DNA from: Patescibacteria group bacterium
GTDB taxonomy: Bacteria > Patescibacteriota > WWE3 > UBA101185 > UBA10185
NCBI GenBank assembly: GCA_016926555.1
Contig: JAFGOI010000008.1
Location: forward strand, 12,821-76,820
DNA: 64,000 bases
Reading direction: 5' to 3'
Shown here: piece by piece, positions 30,135-39,428 of the stretch
Layout of the letters: each line of letters begins with the position of its first letter
How positions within the stretch are numbered: the first letter of the stretch is position 1
Program-made: the position numbers and the translations under genes
Notes under the pieces: generated by a model
What the model was told of the DNA's origin: nothing
Database searches by the model: none
Seen by the model: the letters and a program-made list of their open reading frames with translations, nothing else

Positions 30135-31078
30135 TGCGTCTGTAGATCAGAAATATACTTTTCTGCGTCAAGCGCGGCCATACAGCCAAAACCTGCGGCC
30201 GAGACAGCTTGTCTGTACTTATAATCTGCGACATCCCCAGCAACAAAAACACCCCCCACAGAGGTTTTCGTACCTTCATGCACAATCACATAGCCTTTTC
30301 TATCCAAATCCAAAAAACCTTGTAAAAAGTCCGTATTTGGTTTATGCCCAATTGCTATAAATAAACCTTTTACGCCATCCAGCTTTGTATCCTCTCTTTT
30401 AATATTGTCATGTAGGATCAATCCTTCTACAACCTTTTCTCCAAGAATCTCTTTTACTTCGGTATTGAACAGGAATTCTATCTTCCTAGTTCGAAAAGCC
30501 TTATCCTGCATTATTTTACTTGCTCTTAGATTCTCCTTATCTCTTCTGACGAGAACATATACTTTTGGACTAAACTTCGATAGAAACAACGCCTCTTCCA
30601 TTGCGGCATCTCCGCCGCCCACTACCGCAGTAACTTTATCCTTAAAAAAGGGGCCGTCACACGTTGCACAAACTGAAACTCCTCTGCCTTTTAACCTCTC
30701 TTCACTTTCCAAACCCAACCATTTCGCCGAAGCCCCCGTTGCAATAATTAAAGCCTTTGCTTCCAACACACTTCCGTTTTCCAGAACTGCTTTAAAAGAA
30801 TCTTCTCCCGTTTTTTCAACATAATCTACATCGTAATCCATAAATTCAGCTCCAAATTTTTCTGCTTGAGAACGCATTCGTTCAATCAATTCAGGCCCTT
30901 TTACACCCTTGGGAAACCCAGGAAAATTTTCAACATCTGTAGTAATCATTAATTGCCCACCAGAAGTACTCCCGGAAACGACACACGTAGAGAGAAACCC
31001 TCTAGATGTATAAATTGCTGCCGTCAAACCCGCGCAACCCCCTCCCACTATCACAATTTCAAAACTTGTATTAGACAT
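30131..31078 (-). CDS. trxB: Thioredoxin-disulfide reductase
   Basis: Motifs GGGCAG, GGQL..TTDVENFPG, CATCDG, GGGDAA and AGDV. Confidence 0.96.
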   Translation of the reverse strand: MSNTSFEIVIVGGGCAGLTAAIYTSRGFLSTCVVSGSTSGGQLMITTDVENFPGFPKGVKGPELIERMRSQAEKFGAEFMDYDVDYVEKTGEDSFKAVLENGSVLEAKALIIATGASAKWLGLESEERLKGRGVSVCATCDGPFFKDKVTAVVGGGDAAMEEALFLSKFSPKVYVLVRRDKENLRASKIMQDKAFRTRKIEFLFNTEVKEILGEKVVEGLILHDNIKREDTKLDGVKGLFIAIGHKPNTDFLQGFLDLDRKGYVIVHEGTKTSVGGVFVAGDVADYKYRQAVSAAGFGCMAALDAEKYISDLQTQ

Positions 31079-31129
31079 AAGACCAGTATACTATATTTAC
31101 ACCGCAACAAGATTATGCATAATTAATTT

Positions 31130-31372
31130 ATGTCCAACAAAAGAAAAAAAACTCATACAAATAATAAAAAAAATGATGGCACAGATACTATAGTCACAGG
31201 AGGTGATGAAGTAACAGAAGAAGAAAATATAAGAGAAGAACTTGATCCTGATATTGCTAAAGCACTTAATGTGAAACCCAAGAAAAACAATACCGTAATA
31301 GAAATAGACTATATACCAGAAACAGACCTCACTGGAGTTGGACTAGACGAATATCCTGAGGATGAAATATAA
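31130..31372 (+). CDS. Small hypothetical protein
   Basis: 80-aa ORF that directly abuts the next gene. Confidence 0.6.
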   Translation: MSNKRKKTHTNNKKNDGTDTIVTGGDEVTEEENIREELDPDIAKALNVKPKKNNTVIEIDYIPETDLTGVGLDEYPEDEI

Positions 31373-31834
31373 ATGGCAACACTGCTACTTAAGATAAATG
31401 GTTATTACGCTTTAAATAAAACCCTATTCCCGCCAAATTTATATATATATGATGATCTAGTAGTATATAAAAAGAGGAAATTTTTTTTCTGGGGTGACGA
31501 AATAACATATTCCTATAACCAAATAGCACAGGTTTCACTAAAAACAGGTCTTCTGTTTTCTCATTTGGAACTCTCTACAACGGGAAAGGACGAAATAACA
31601 GTTAAGTATGTTTTTAAGTGGAAAGCAAAATTAGCAAAGAAAATCATAGACCAGAAAATATACCATGCTCACGCCAAAATGCATCCTCATAAAGACACCA
31701 GTACGGAAAACTATAAGAATATGACATCTTTTGAAAAGGCGCTAAGCCGGCTCGAGGAACTTGCTCTGCGCGGGAAAATCTCAAAATCTTTCTACAAAAA
31801 GAAGAAAAATGAGCTTTTGAAAAAAATAGGGTAA
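31373..31834 (+). CDS. Bacterial PH-like domain protein with SHOCT-like C-terminus
   Basis: YNQIAQVSLKTGLLF and LEELALRGKISKSFYKKKKNELL. Confidence 0.6.
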   Translation: MATLLLKINGYYALNKTLFPPNLYIYDDLVVYKKRKFFFWGDEITYSYNQIAQVSLKTGLLFSHLELSTTGKDEITVKYVFKWKAKLAKKIIDQKIYHAHAKMHPHKDTSTENYKNMTSFEKALSRLEELALRGKISKSFYKKKKNELLKKIG

Positions 31835-31848
31835 AATATACTATATAT

Positions 31849-31924
31849 GCGGCGGTAGTTCAGTTGGTAGAACGTCTCCCTTCCAAGGAGAAGGTCGCCG
31901 GTTCGAGCCCGGTTCGCCGCTCCA
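31849..31924 (+). tRNA. tRNA-Gly (TCC)
   Basis: Cloverleaf GCGGCGG...TCTCC-CTTCCAA-GGAGA...GGTTCGAGCCC...TCGCCGC-T-CCA. Confidence 0.96.
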
Positions 31925-31952
31925 AATTCATTCAACACATGGTCACTTATTT

Positions 31953-32750
31953 ATGTCTTCTTCTTTAACCGAAAAAAACGAAAAATTTAAGGGATATAAA
32001 TATCAATATCTTGATTCCATAACCGGCGAACATATTATTTTGGCTATACACGGCTTGGCCGGAAGCAAGGAAAGCATGTCTGAATTAATTGAAACGAAGG
32101 ACAATTTCAGATACATATTTATAGACTTACCGGGCCATGGAAATTTGGAAACTCAAGGTATAACTTGTTTACTCGATTTCGCAAAGTATATCGAGTCATT
32201 TCTTACCTTTAAAAATATAAGCAGGATCGGGATAATAGGATTTTCTCTTGGCGGATTGGTCGCTTTAAAGACTATTCAGCTAATCGAAAGCTCTACCCAA
32301 ACGTATGGGATAATATGGGCTGCTCCTTTAAACCTTAAACACAACTTCCTTAGATTTAACTCTAAGCTTAGTATTTGGCTAACTAAAATATTGCCGATGT
32401 TCGTATACCGTAAACTTTATAAATCTTTTCTACCGGATCTGCTATTAAAAACGGGTGCAATATCTCTGTCAAAGCGGGAAAATGAAGCTCTCGGGCAGTA
32501 TGATAGCAAATTAATCAATAAAGCGCCTACCATATTTAAGGAAAAAACCTATACAAACGTTAAATCCCCACTCTTATATATTTTTGGTACAAATGATAGT
32601 TTAGTAAAAGAAAAATATCTTGATGAGTTACAGCTTACTAATGAACACCAGAAGATAGAAATAATAGAGAGTGGGGGACATTTTCCATCAAGAGAAGGTC
32701 TACATAGTGCTAACTTAGCTATGCAAAAGTTTTTTGGCTCGTATTTATAG
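31953..32750 (+). CDS. Alpha/beta hydrolase
   Basis: Motifs HGLAG, DLPGHG, GFSLGG, GTNDSLV and GGHF. Confidence 0.9.
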   Translation: MSSSLTEKNEKFKGYKYQYLDSITGEHIILAIHGLAGSKESMSELIETKDNFRYIFIDLPGHGNLETQGITCLLDFAKYIESFLTFKNISRIGIIGFSLGGLVALKTIQLIESSTQTYGIIWAAPLNLKHNFLRFNSKLSIWLTKILPMFVYRKLYKSFLPDLLLKTGAISLSKRENEALGQYDSKLINKAPTIFKEKTYTNVKSPLLYIFGTNDSLVKEKYLDELQLTNEHQKIEIIESGGHFPSREGLHSANLAMQKFFGSYL

Positions 32751-32811
32751 CTTATCTACAGTTATAATTACTTCCTAAATAACCTAAAAAAGGTTAAAAT
32801 AGCTGTGTCCT

Positions 32812-32887
32812 GCGCCCGTAGCTCAGCGGATAGAGCAGTTCCCTTCTAAGGAAAAGGTCGGGGGTTCAATTCCCTCCGGGCGCGCCA
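32812..32887 (+). tRNA. tRNA-Arg (TCT)
   Basis: Acceptor stem GCGCCCG/CGGGCGC, anticodon loop CTTCTAA, encoded CCA. Confidence 0.95.
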
Positions 32888-32934
32888 AAAAAACTTGTCA
32901 CCATTTATTAGCTAAACGTATAATCTTTTTACAC

Positions 32935-33020
32935 GCCCGGGTGGTGGAATGGCAGACACGAGAGACTTAAAATCTCTTGTCCTTTTGGACGTGTGGGTTC
33001 GACTCCCACCCCGGGCACCA
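32935..33020 (+). tRNA. tRNA-Leu (TAA)
   Basis: AGAGA-CTTAAAA-TCTCT, long variable arm, encoded CCA. Confidence 0.96.
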
Positions 33021-33038
33021 CAAATATATCTCCTAACT

Positions 33039-33311
33039 ATGGAGAATAAATGGCATCACTTAAAAGATATACTCACTCAGCACACATCAAAATCCCGCAG
33101 ACCGGACTACATCACACACGCAGAGACCACTCTAGATTGGCCACTAAAACTTGAACCAAATGCGACTTGGGAAATGGAGTTAGCGGCATTTGCGCATGAT
33201 ATCGAAAGGTGCTGGTTTGACAAGATGGCACACATAGAGAACGAACAATATATTGATTATAAAATCAGACATTCGCAAAGAAGCGCTAGATTCAGAGTTA
33301 TAAACAGGTGA
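33039..33311 (+). pseudogene. Truncated HD-domain (DUF4202-like) gene
   Basis: H...AAFAHDIERCW...Y...HSQRSA, then stops after about 90 aa. Confidence 0.55.
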
Positions 33312-33386
33312 GAATTATTGGTACAACCTCTCACGCACAATCGAGTAATCGATTCCAGTCCACTTTTTAATTACCCAATTTTTAAA

Positions 33387-34550
33387 TCAATACCTAATAA
33401 ATTTATGAGTATATGAGGTCGACGTAAGCTCTCCTTCAATTAATTCTTTATATTTTTCCTGTAGATCTTTCAGTGGTATACCGCTTGCCTCTGAGTAAGC
33501 TTTAAAGAAAGTATTTAGTGAATTTACAGCTATTCCACGGGCCATTTCGTGCGCAGTAGTTTCTTCTAAAATATTATTATCAACACAAAAAGTTTGAAAC
33601 GCATGAGTATACAGTTCGGGTATTGACATTACTGTTTGTGATAAATCACAATGGACATCTTCAAGTGTGAAATCTTTAGATTGTAATGGTTTTGCACCTT
33701 CCAAATCAACCAATTCTCCAGTTAGAGTCCAGTTATGAGTTGTAGGATATTTATGAAAGTAACCCGTACCATGAAATCTTGCTAAGTAATTACCCATAAG
33801 TGCGGGAAGATCCTGAGTATAATATTTATAAAATCCCTCCGGAGTAGGTTCAAAGTCAACTCCACGATAATTGTCCATAAAGTACGTTGATAAATTATGC
33901 ATTAACCTTTGTGCTTCAGAAGAATCTATGTCTTTTATAATTTGCGGTGTATCTCTGAGTCTTTCCTGAAATGGAACTATTCTTATGATCTCGTAGTATT
34001 GAACTCTTTCTAAATATACATCTACTTCTTCTTCAGTAAAATCCAGTGTTTGTTTCTCACTGTCTGATCCGAAATATTCTTCCTTTAGGCGTTTTTTTAA
34101 TTCTTCTATAGTTAGTTTTTCACCATCTATATTCATTTTGGACAGTTTTTTTGCAACTACCATTGTCTCGGTCGGCAAACCAGCTGCCCTAACTGACTCT
34201 GATATTTTTTGAAGACGTTCAAGTTTAGAATCATCTGATACATGATATAAGTAATGAGTGCGAAGATGCCCGTAATCCGGATCTCTTTCTAAATAAGGAG
34301 ACTTGCCTTCCGGAACACTTCCTTTCAAAGAGACTGCCGTAAACCTATTACCATGCTCATCCGCCCAAAGAACATTACCATCAATTATCTCACTGCCAAG
34401 AGACCTCATATGATGTTCAGAAACACGGTAGGTATCCATTATCTTTTCGGGTAATTTAAATGGCACACCGGGTGTTCTGAAAAATATACAGTCACTCTCT
34501 GTTGGCACAGGATCGACCTTTTCGTAATTTTCGACTACTCCTAACGCCAT
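33387..34550 (-). CDS. Divergent SelO/YdiU-like kinase-fold protein
   Basis: Segments VSLKGS..GKSPY, SESVRAAGLPT and GYFHKYPTTHNWTLTGELVDLE. Confidence 0.55.
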   Translation of the reverse strand: MALGVVENYEKVDPVPTESDCIFFRTPGVPFKLPEKIMDTYRVSEHHMRSLGSEIIDGNVLWADEHGNRFTAVSLKGSVPEGKSPYLERDPDYGHLRTHYLYHVSDDSKLERLQKISESVRAAGLPTETMVVAKKLSKMNIDGEKLTIEELKKRLKEEYFGSDSEKQTLDFTEEEVDVYLERVQYYEIIRIVPFQERLRDTPQIIKDIDSSEAQRLMHNLSTYFMDNYRGVDFEPTPEGFYKYYTQDLPALMGNYLARFHGTGYFHKYPTTHNWTLTGELVDLEGAKPLQSKDFTLEDVHCDLSQTVMSIPELYTHAFQTFCVDNNILEETTAHEMARGIAVNSLNTFFKAYSEASGIPLKDLQEKYKELIEGELTSTSYTHKFIRY

Positions 34551-34609
34551 AAAGTTATTTTAAATTAATTTACAGTTATAAGCTATAAATCTGTTTTGAA
34601 AATTATCTC

Positions 34610-34638
34610 TTGACAACCCATACAATTTTTAGTAAATT
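34610..34638 (+). promoter_or_regulatory. sigma70-type promoter
   Basis: TTGACA (34610-34615), 17 nt, TAAATT (34633-34638). Confidence 0.55.
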
Positions 34639-34645
34639 GATCTTC

Positions 34646-34675
34646 GTCTCAATAGGAATTTATTCCTATTGAGAC
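34646..34675. repeat. Perfect 14-bp inverted repeat
   Basis: GTCTCAATAGGAAT-TT-ATTCCTATTGAGAC. Confidence 0.9.
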
Positions 34676-34682
34676 ACTGAAG

Positions 34683-34705
34683 AAACCACCTAACGGTGGT
34701 TTTTT
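34683..34705 (+). terminator. Intrinsic terminator
   Basis: AAACCACC-TAAC-GGTGGTTT followed by further T residues. Confidence 0.75.
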
Positions 34706-34744
34706 CATTTACTGATTAAAATAGTGTAAAATAACATAGCTAAA

Positions 34745-35152
34745 ATGAAAGTATATATCGGTTATAAATATACAAACGTTGAAGACAAAAATTCCCTTAA
34801 AAAAGGCCTTGAAGAGGTCTCTGATATTATTTCTGATTTGGGACACACTACATTTTTATTAGGCAGAGACAAGAAAAACTGGAGCAGCAGCAGATTTCCG
34901 CTATGGAAAACTATTCCTTACATCTTCATAAACCTGATTAACTCGGAGCTACTTTTTGCATATATTGTAAATGATGAAAAAAGCTATGGATTATCATTTG
35001 AACTCGCACTTGCTAAGTTGATGAAGAAGAAAATTATTGTAGCCTTGACTAACAAAAATCTATCATGCGAATTCGAAAAAAGAATGGCGGATCAAATAGT
35101 GGAACTTAGTAGTTTTAGCGAATTGAAAGAATATCTCGCCCGCGAACTATAG
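34745..35152 (+). CDS. Nucleoside 2-deoxyribosyltransferase-like (NDT/TIR-like fold) protein
   Basis: MKVYIG...SYGLSFELALAKLMKKKII pattern. Confidence 0.6.
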   Translation: MKVYIGYKYTNVEDKNSLKKGLEEVSDIISDLGHTTFLLGRDKKNWSSSRFPLWKTIPYIFINLINSELLFAYIVNDEKSYGLSFELALAKLMKKKIIVALTNKNLSCEFEKRMADQIVELSSFSELKEYLAREL

Positions 35153-35213
35153 AGTCTCAAACACTTAACTCTCATCGTAACGTAAGCCAATTGACTGTGC
35201 TATCATCATACTG

Positions 35214-35900
35214 ATGAAAGATAAATTGATATATTACTTGACAGGTTGCATTTTTCTTCTCGTAGCCCTCGGTGTTGGGATCAATATCAAACAGCAGTTT
35301 GAAGTAGATTACTCAAAAATCCCAAATAAGGTTGAGGAAAACAGTGGCTTTCAAAGATGGATAACGAACTTGAAAAATAAAGATATAGAAATTGAAGCAG
35401 ACGAATTTAGACTAATTGAAGAAAACGAAATATATAATACAAAATGGATGCAGGTATTTTCTATCGACCAAGATGGAAAAAAAGAAGAGTTTGAGAACAA
35501 CCTGTTAAAACATAGAGATATTAAAAAAGTAATATTTTCGCCCAGTGATAGGGAATACATTGACTATAGATACGAATATAGGGATGGCTACGCGCCAAAC
35601 GAAGTCCATTTCTACGGCCTCAAAGAAGATAAAATTATAGACGCTAGAATTCTTGACTGCTCCACAAGGGCCAATTGCTACTTTGATAGAGCCTATTTTT
35701 TGGACAATAATGTTTTTGTGATATCTGAGATATCCCGAAACATACACAAACACGATGAAACCTCGCCATTTTGCTCCCAAAGCGAAACGTGCACATACAC
35801 TTTCAAGATTCACGTTATAGATCTCATTAATAACTCGAGGTATGTTTACGAATCAAAACCACTTGAACTAATCATGGAAGAAGTAAGACCGGAACTATAA
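35214..35900 (+). CDS. Hypothetical membrane-anchored protein
   Basis: N-terminal TM segment and four Cys; TGcTATCAT lies 7 nt before the ATG. Confidence 0.75.
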   Translation: MKDKLIYYLTGCIFLLVALGVGINIKQQFEVDYSKIPNKVEENSGFQRWITNLKNKDIEIEADEFRLIEENEIYNTKWMQVFSIDQDGKKEEFENNLLKHRDIKKVIFSPSDREYIDYRYEYRDGYAPNEVHFYGLKEDKIIDARILDCSTRANCYFDRAYFLDNNVFVISEISRNIHKHDETSPFCSQSETCTYTFKIHVIDLINNSRYVYESKPLELIMEEVRPEL

Positions 35901-35945
35901 TCCATCTTTTATGCCACATTCTATTATGTTACTATTCTATTAGAA

Positions 35946-36371
35946 ATGACTATACCAAAAAGATTAGTAAAAAGTAAAAAAGACAGAGTTTTCGCAGGAG
36001 TATGTTCAGGACTTGCTCATTATCTGGATATTGATCCGTTAGTAGTCAGAATCGTGTTTGTATTACTCGCTATTTTCGGAGGAAGTGGATTAGTAATATA
36101 CATCATTTTATGGCTGTTTGTGCCCGGCGAGAATCAAGAATCAAACGCCACTCAAGAAGAGATACTGAAAGACAATCTTGATGATATACAGGACAGAGTC
36201 AACGATTTCACAAAGAAATTTGAGAGGGTTGATAAAAAGTACCTTCCTGGTGCCATATTTATCTTTTTTGGCTTGCTAATTCTACTCAAGAACATTGGCA
36301 TATTAAACGCGGGATATGTAGTACCTCTAATTCTTTTTGCATTTGGGTTTTATCTAATACTTAGACAATAG
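35946..36371 (+). CDS. PspC domain protein
   Basis: Motifs RVFAGVCSGLAHYLDIDPLVVRI and YIILWLFVP. Confidence 0.9.
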   Translation: MTIPKRLVKSKKDRVFAGVCSGLAHYLDIDPLVVRIVFVLLAIFGGSGLVIYIILWLFVPGENQESNATQEEILKDNLDDIQDRVNDFTKKFERVDKKYLPGAIFIFFGLLILLKNIGILNAGYVVPLILFAFGFYLILRQ

Positions 36372-36388
36372 TTATCAGTAGTTATCAG

Positions 36389-36844
36389 TTATCTGCTAAT
36401 TTCAATTGTTTCACCTAGTTCAGCTAATAAAGAGTGCACTGTTATTTTTCCATACTGAGTCCTTGATATTTCATATCCGGTTCCGTTGAATGTTTTATCT
36501 TGAGGATCCACAGGGATTAGGGTCAGATACTGCTCATTTTTTAGTAAAACGGACAAATCGACGTACCCGGTACAATCAACTGCATGTTCTTTGCATATTT
36601 CCTTGGGTTCTTGAGTAATAGAAAGCGGCAGATCTCCATTTTGCGCCTGATAACTCTTTACTCCGAGTGCGATCATGTGAATATCAATTCTTCTTCTTGT
36701 ATTCCTGGCCCGAGCTATTTGTCTATAGGGCTTAATCACTGAAACAACAACAACAGCTAAAATACCTAATATAATCACTACAAGTATTATTTCGACAAGT
36801 GTAAATCCCACCTTGGTACCAAATTCCTTTTTACCAAGAAGCAT
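36389..36844 (-). CDS. Type IV pilin / type II secretion pseudopilin
   Basis: Prepilin cleavage site GFTLVEII, ARARNTRRRID and IPVDP. Confidence 0.9.
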   Translation of the reverse strand: MLLGKKEFGTKVGFTLVEIILVVIILGILAVVVVSVIKPYRQIARARNTRRRIDIHMIALGVKSYQAQNGDLPLSITQEPKEICKEHAVDCTGYVDLSVLLKNEQYLTLIPVDPQDKTFNGTGYEISRTQYGKITVHSLLAELGETIEISR

Positions 36845-36882
36845 ATGTTCATTTTATCACGGTATAATCCTGTACTTTGCAA

Positions 36883-38649
36883 CTAGTGTATTTCGGCACT
36901 CTTTTCTTTTATAAACTTTCGCCAATCAGCAATAAAGGACAAAAAAGTAGAGAAGGGCACATCTATCAGCGCACTTAAAAACACACTCACAAAGTTATAT
37001 TCTTTCCATTTATTTGATAACCACATGCCAATTTTGGCCATAGGAACCGAAAAAAAGTTTAGAAACATTTCCACCAGACCGCCATCTTCTTCAATGGTTA
37101 GTTCCCGCGACTTTTGTCTTATCAACATAGCGGCAAAAACTACTATAGCAACATTCGCCGCATCAATATACAAAGATGTCCATGGCACACCGGCGAATAA
37201 AAACACTATATACACCAAATATAACGATCCTATACCTCCTATCACATAAATCAGTGTAAATATTAAAGAAAATATCGGATTTTTCCTCTTATTTAGAATT
37301 ATTTCGTACTCATCTTCCTTTTCACTGCCATAAATAATATTGTATATCTCATCGAGAAGTCTCTTAAAATTATCAGGCGATGGTAATTTAATAATAGCTA
37401 CAAGAATAAACATCATCGCCGTAGGGATCATAATATCTACAACAATCGCCCATGGTTTAAACTCGCCATATATCCATTTCGCTATCGGAAACTCGAACAC
37501 TATCAAACTTGCTCCACCAGCCACAAAAATGGAAATAGTAGAATATATCGCGGACCTGGTTAACCGTCTTTTTAACGTAGACATACGCTGTTTATACTGT
37601 TCTTTTATGTACCAACCAAACTTTGCCCTGTCACTTACTATACTTTTTAACGATGCCCTATCTTTTGATATACGCTCAAAAGCATCCCCAATTATCAAAT
37701 AAGCCGCATCGTATTTCTCACATATCTCAAAAAATTTACCTTTCCATGGGTGTTCTAAATACTCCGTAATTTCGTTCCATATTTTTTCTATATTGTCGCT
37801 AAAATATTTGAAATCTTTTTCCGTATACTTGCAGAAATTATTGTATTTATACTTAAGAAGCCTGAATGAAATTATAGGAGAATCCAGATTAAATATACTC
37901 CTATGAACCGCTACATATGTTTGGATATACTTTTCTTCATTAGTAATAGCTTTAGCCGGTTTTACCTTTATTCTAGTGTAAATAACATTTGTCATTAAGT
38001 TCATCAGCGCGTGCTCTTTATATGCTGGCTCTAATGCCTCTTCTATTTCACTCGCAGCTACTTCAGTTATCCAGTTATAGAATTCTATTTTTCTTTTTAT
38101 CGAAAGGTTCCCGGTTTTATTAGAAAGGGGATTGTTTTTTAATATGTAATCGTATTTTTTTAGAATACTAAGAATCTCAGGTACCTTTTTCTTAGATATC
38201 AATTTATGAGAGAAGTATCCGGTGCGTAACAATTCGTCCATAAAAGATTCCGCAAAATCATAATTTAGATCCCCGTTTAGAATAAGGTTCTTTCCGGTAG
38301 CTCTTGTTATGAGCCTCCTTTTTAGAATCCTTTCAATTGCGGACCGCCTGACAAGGTGCTCCTCCTTCCAATCTACAACTTGCCTGATTCTCTCGTAAAA
38401 CCGGCCAATTCTAGTAGCCAATCTATCAACTTCAATAGGCGATTCAACCTCTTTAGCATCGTATTCCAAAGCTTTCATATAATCACCAATATATTTGATG
38501 ATGAATGTATTAAGTTCTGCAGGTCCCGCATCTTTTTCTAAATCACTCTCCGTATCTCCAAATGTGATATCCGGGATATATCTATCTAAACTAGATAATC
38601 TTATTTTCTCATTGTATTGTTTTGAACCTAGAAATGTGAATAAATTCAT
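36883..38649 (-). CDS. Hypothetical membrane protein (large soluble N-terminus, about 4 C-terminal TM segments)
   Basis: 588-aa ORF starting 15 nt downstream of tetR. Confidence 0.75.
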   Translation of the reverse strand: MNLFTFLGSKQYNEKIRLSSLDRYIPDITFGDTESDLEKDAGPAELNTFIIKYIGDYMKALEYDAKEVESPIEVDRLATRIGRFYERIRQVVDWKEEHLVRRSAIERILKRRLITRATGKNLILNGDLNYDFAESFMDELLRTGYFSHKLISKKKVPEILSILKKYDYILKNNPLSNKTGNLSIKRKIEFYNWITEVAASEIEEALEPAYKEHALMNLMTNVIYTRIKVKPAKAITNEEKYIQTYVAVHRSIFNLDSPIISFRLLKYKYNNFCKYTEKDFKYFSDNIEKIWNEITEYLEHPWKGKFFEICEKYDAAYLIIGDAFERISKDRASLKSIVSDRAKFGWYIKEQYKQRMSTLKRRLTRSAIYSTISIFVAGGASLIVFEFPIAKWIYGEFKPWAIVVDIMIPTAMMFILVAIIKLPSPDNFKRLLDEIYNIIYGSEKEDEYEIILNKRKNPIFSLIFTLIYVIGGIGSLYLVYIVFLFAGVPWTSLYIDAANVAIVVFAAMLIRQKSRELTIEEDGGLVEMFLNFFSVPMAKIGMWLSNKWKEYNFVSVFLSALIDVPFSTFLSFIADWRKFIKEKSAEIH

Positions 38650-38664
38650 AAGTTAACCAGAAAA

Positions 38665-39249
38665 TTAATTACTTTCTATAGATTTTGACAACATACTACT
38701 AAACTTCTCCGTAATCTCATCAGAATCCTGCAAGTCTTGAATAAAAGGGTTTAAAGCAAAACTCAGTATATTCATGCTTACAACTGATAAGACCTTAAAA
38801 GTCCATTTCTTAAACAAACTCACACTTCCAAGCAACTCCCTTATAAAAATTAGAAGTTCTGTTCTGAGTTCAACGATGAACTTTGTTACTGGAAACTCAT
38901 CCTGACCTGTTATACCTAACGAGGTTAACAATTTTATCTCGGGATTAGCTATACCGTAATCAACGATCATACGCACAATACTGAAAATAAAATCTATTGG
39001 ATCTTTGCTGTCATATACCACCTCACTCAGTTTTTCTTTAAGTCTGGTGCAAGAAGTATTTAGTACTGTTTTTAGAAGCTGTTCTTTACTTTCAAAGTAG
39101 TAATAGAGTGTCGATTTACTAACACCAACCTCAAAAGCTATTTTGTCCATAGATACACCATAATAACTCCTCTGAGAAAATAGTCTTGCGGCAGTCTTTA
39201 TAATCTTATCCTTAGTATTAACGTTACTAGTATTTTTATTTATAGACAT
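38665..39249 (-). CDS. TetR/AcrR family transcriptional regulator
   Basis: HTH segment AARLFSQRSYYGVSMDKIAFEVGVSKSTLYYYFESKEQL. Confidence 0.95.
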   Translation of the reverse strand: MSINKNTSNVNTKDKIIKTAARLFSQRSYYGVSMDKIAFEVGVSKSTLYYYFESKEQLLKTVLNTSCTRLKEKLSEVVYDSKDPIDFIFSIVRMIVDYGIANPEIKLLTSLGITGQDEFPVTKFIVELRTELLIFIRELLGSVSLFKKWTFKVLSVVSMNILSFALNPFIQDLQDSDEITEKFSSMLSKSIESN

Positions 39250-39256
39250 ATTATCT

Positions 39257-39274
39257 ACTGACCGTTCGGTCAGT
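39257..39274. promoter_or_regulatory. Putative TetR operator palindrome
   Basis: ACTGACCG-TT-CGGTCAGT, located between the tetR promoter (minus strand TTGACA 39308-39303, 17 nt, TATAAA 39285-39280) and the tetR ATG. Confidence 0.75.
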
Positions 39275-39428
39275 CTTACTTTATACTACATACAACAAAT
39301 GATGTCAATTCAATCCTTCATCAAGCCCATCTACAGTATCACTTCTTGCATCGAAACTCGATAAATAATGGGACTTATCATCGTCGAGTGCGGGGTAGGT
39401 GGGTTTAGAGTTTCTGGACCAAACTACC

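Noticed and set aside
31837-31849. Leaderless tRNAs implying RNase P independence (tRNA-Gly starts 6 nt after TATACT)
   Set aside because: The other tRNAs have -10-like boxes 10-30 nt upstream, implying 5' leaders.
36369-36388. 10-bp tandem duplication TAGTTATCAG x2 between convergent genes
   Set aside because: Only two copies, likely slippage; not a CRISPR array or iteron.
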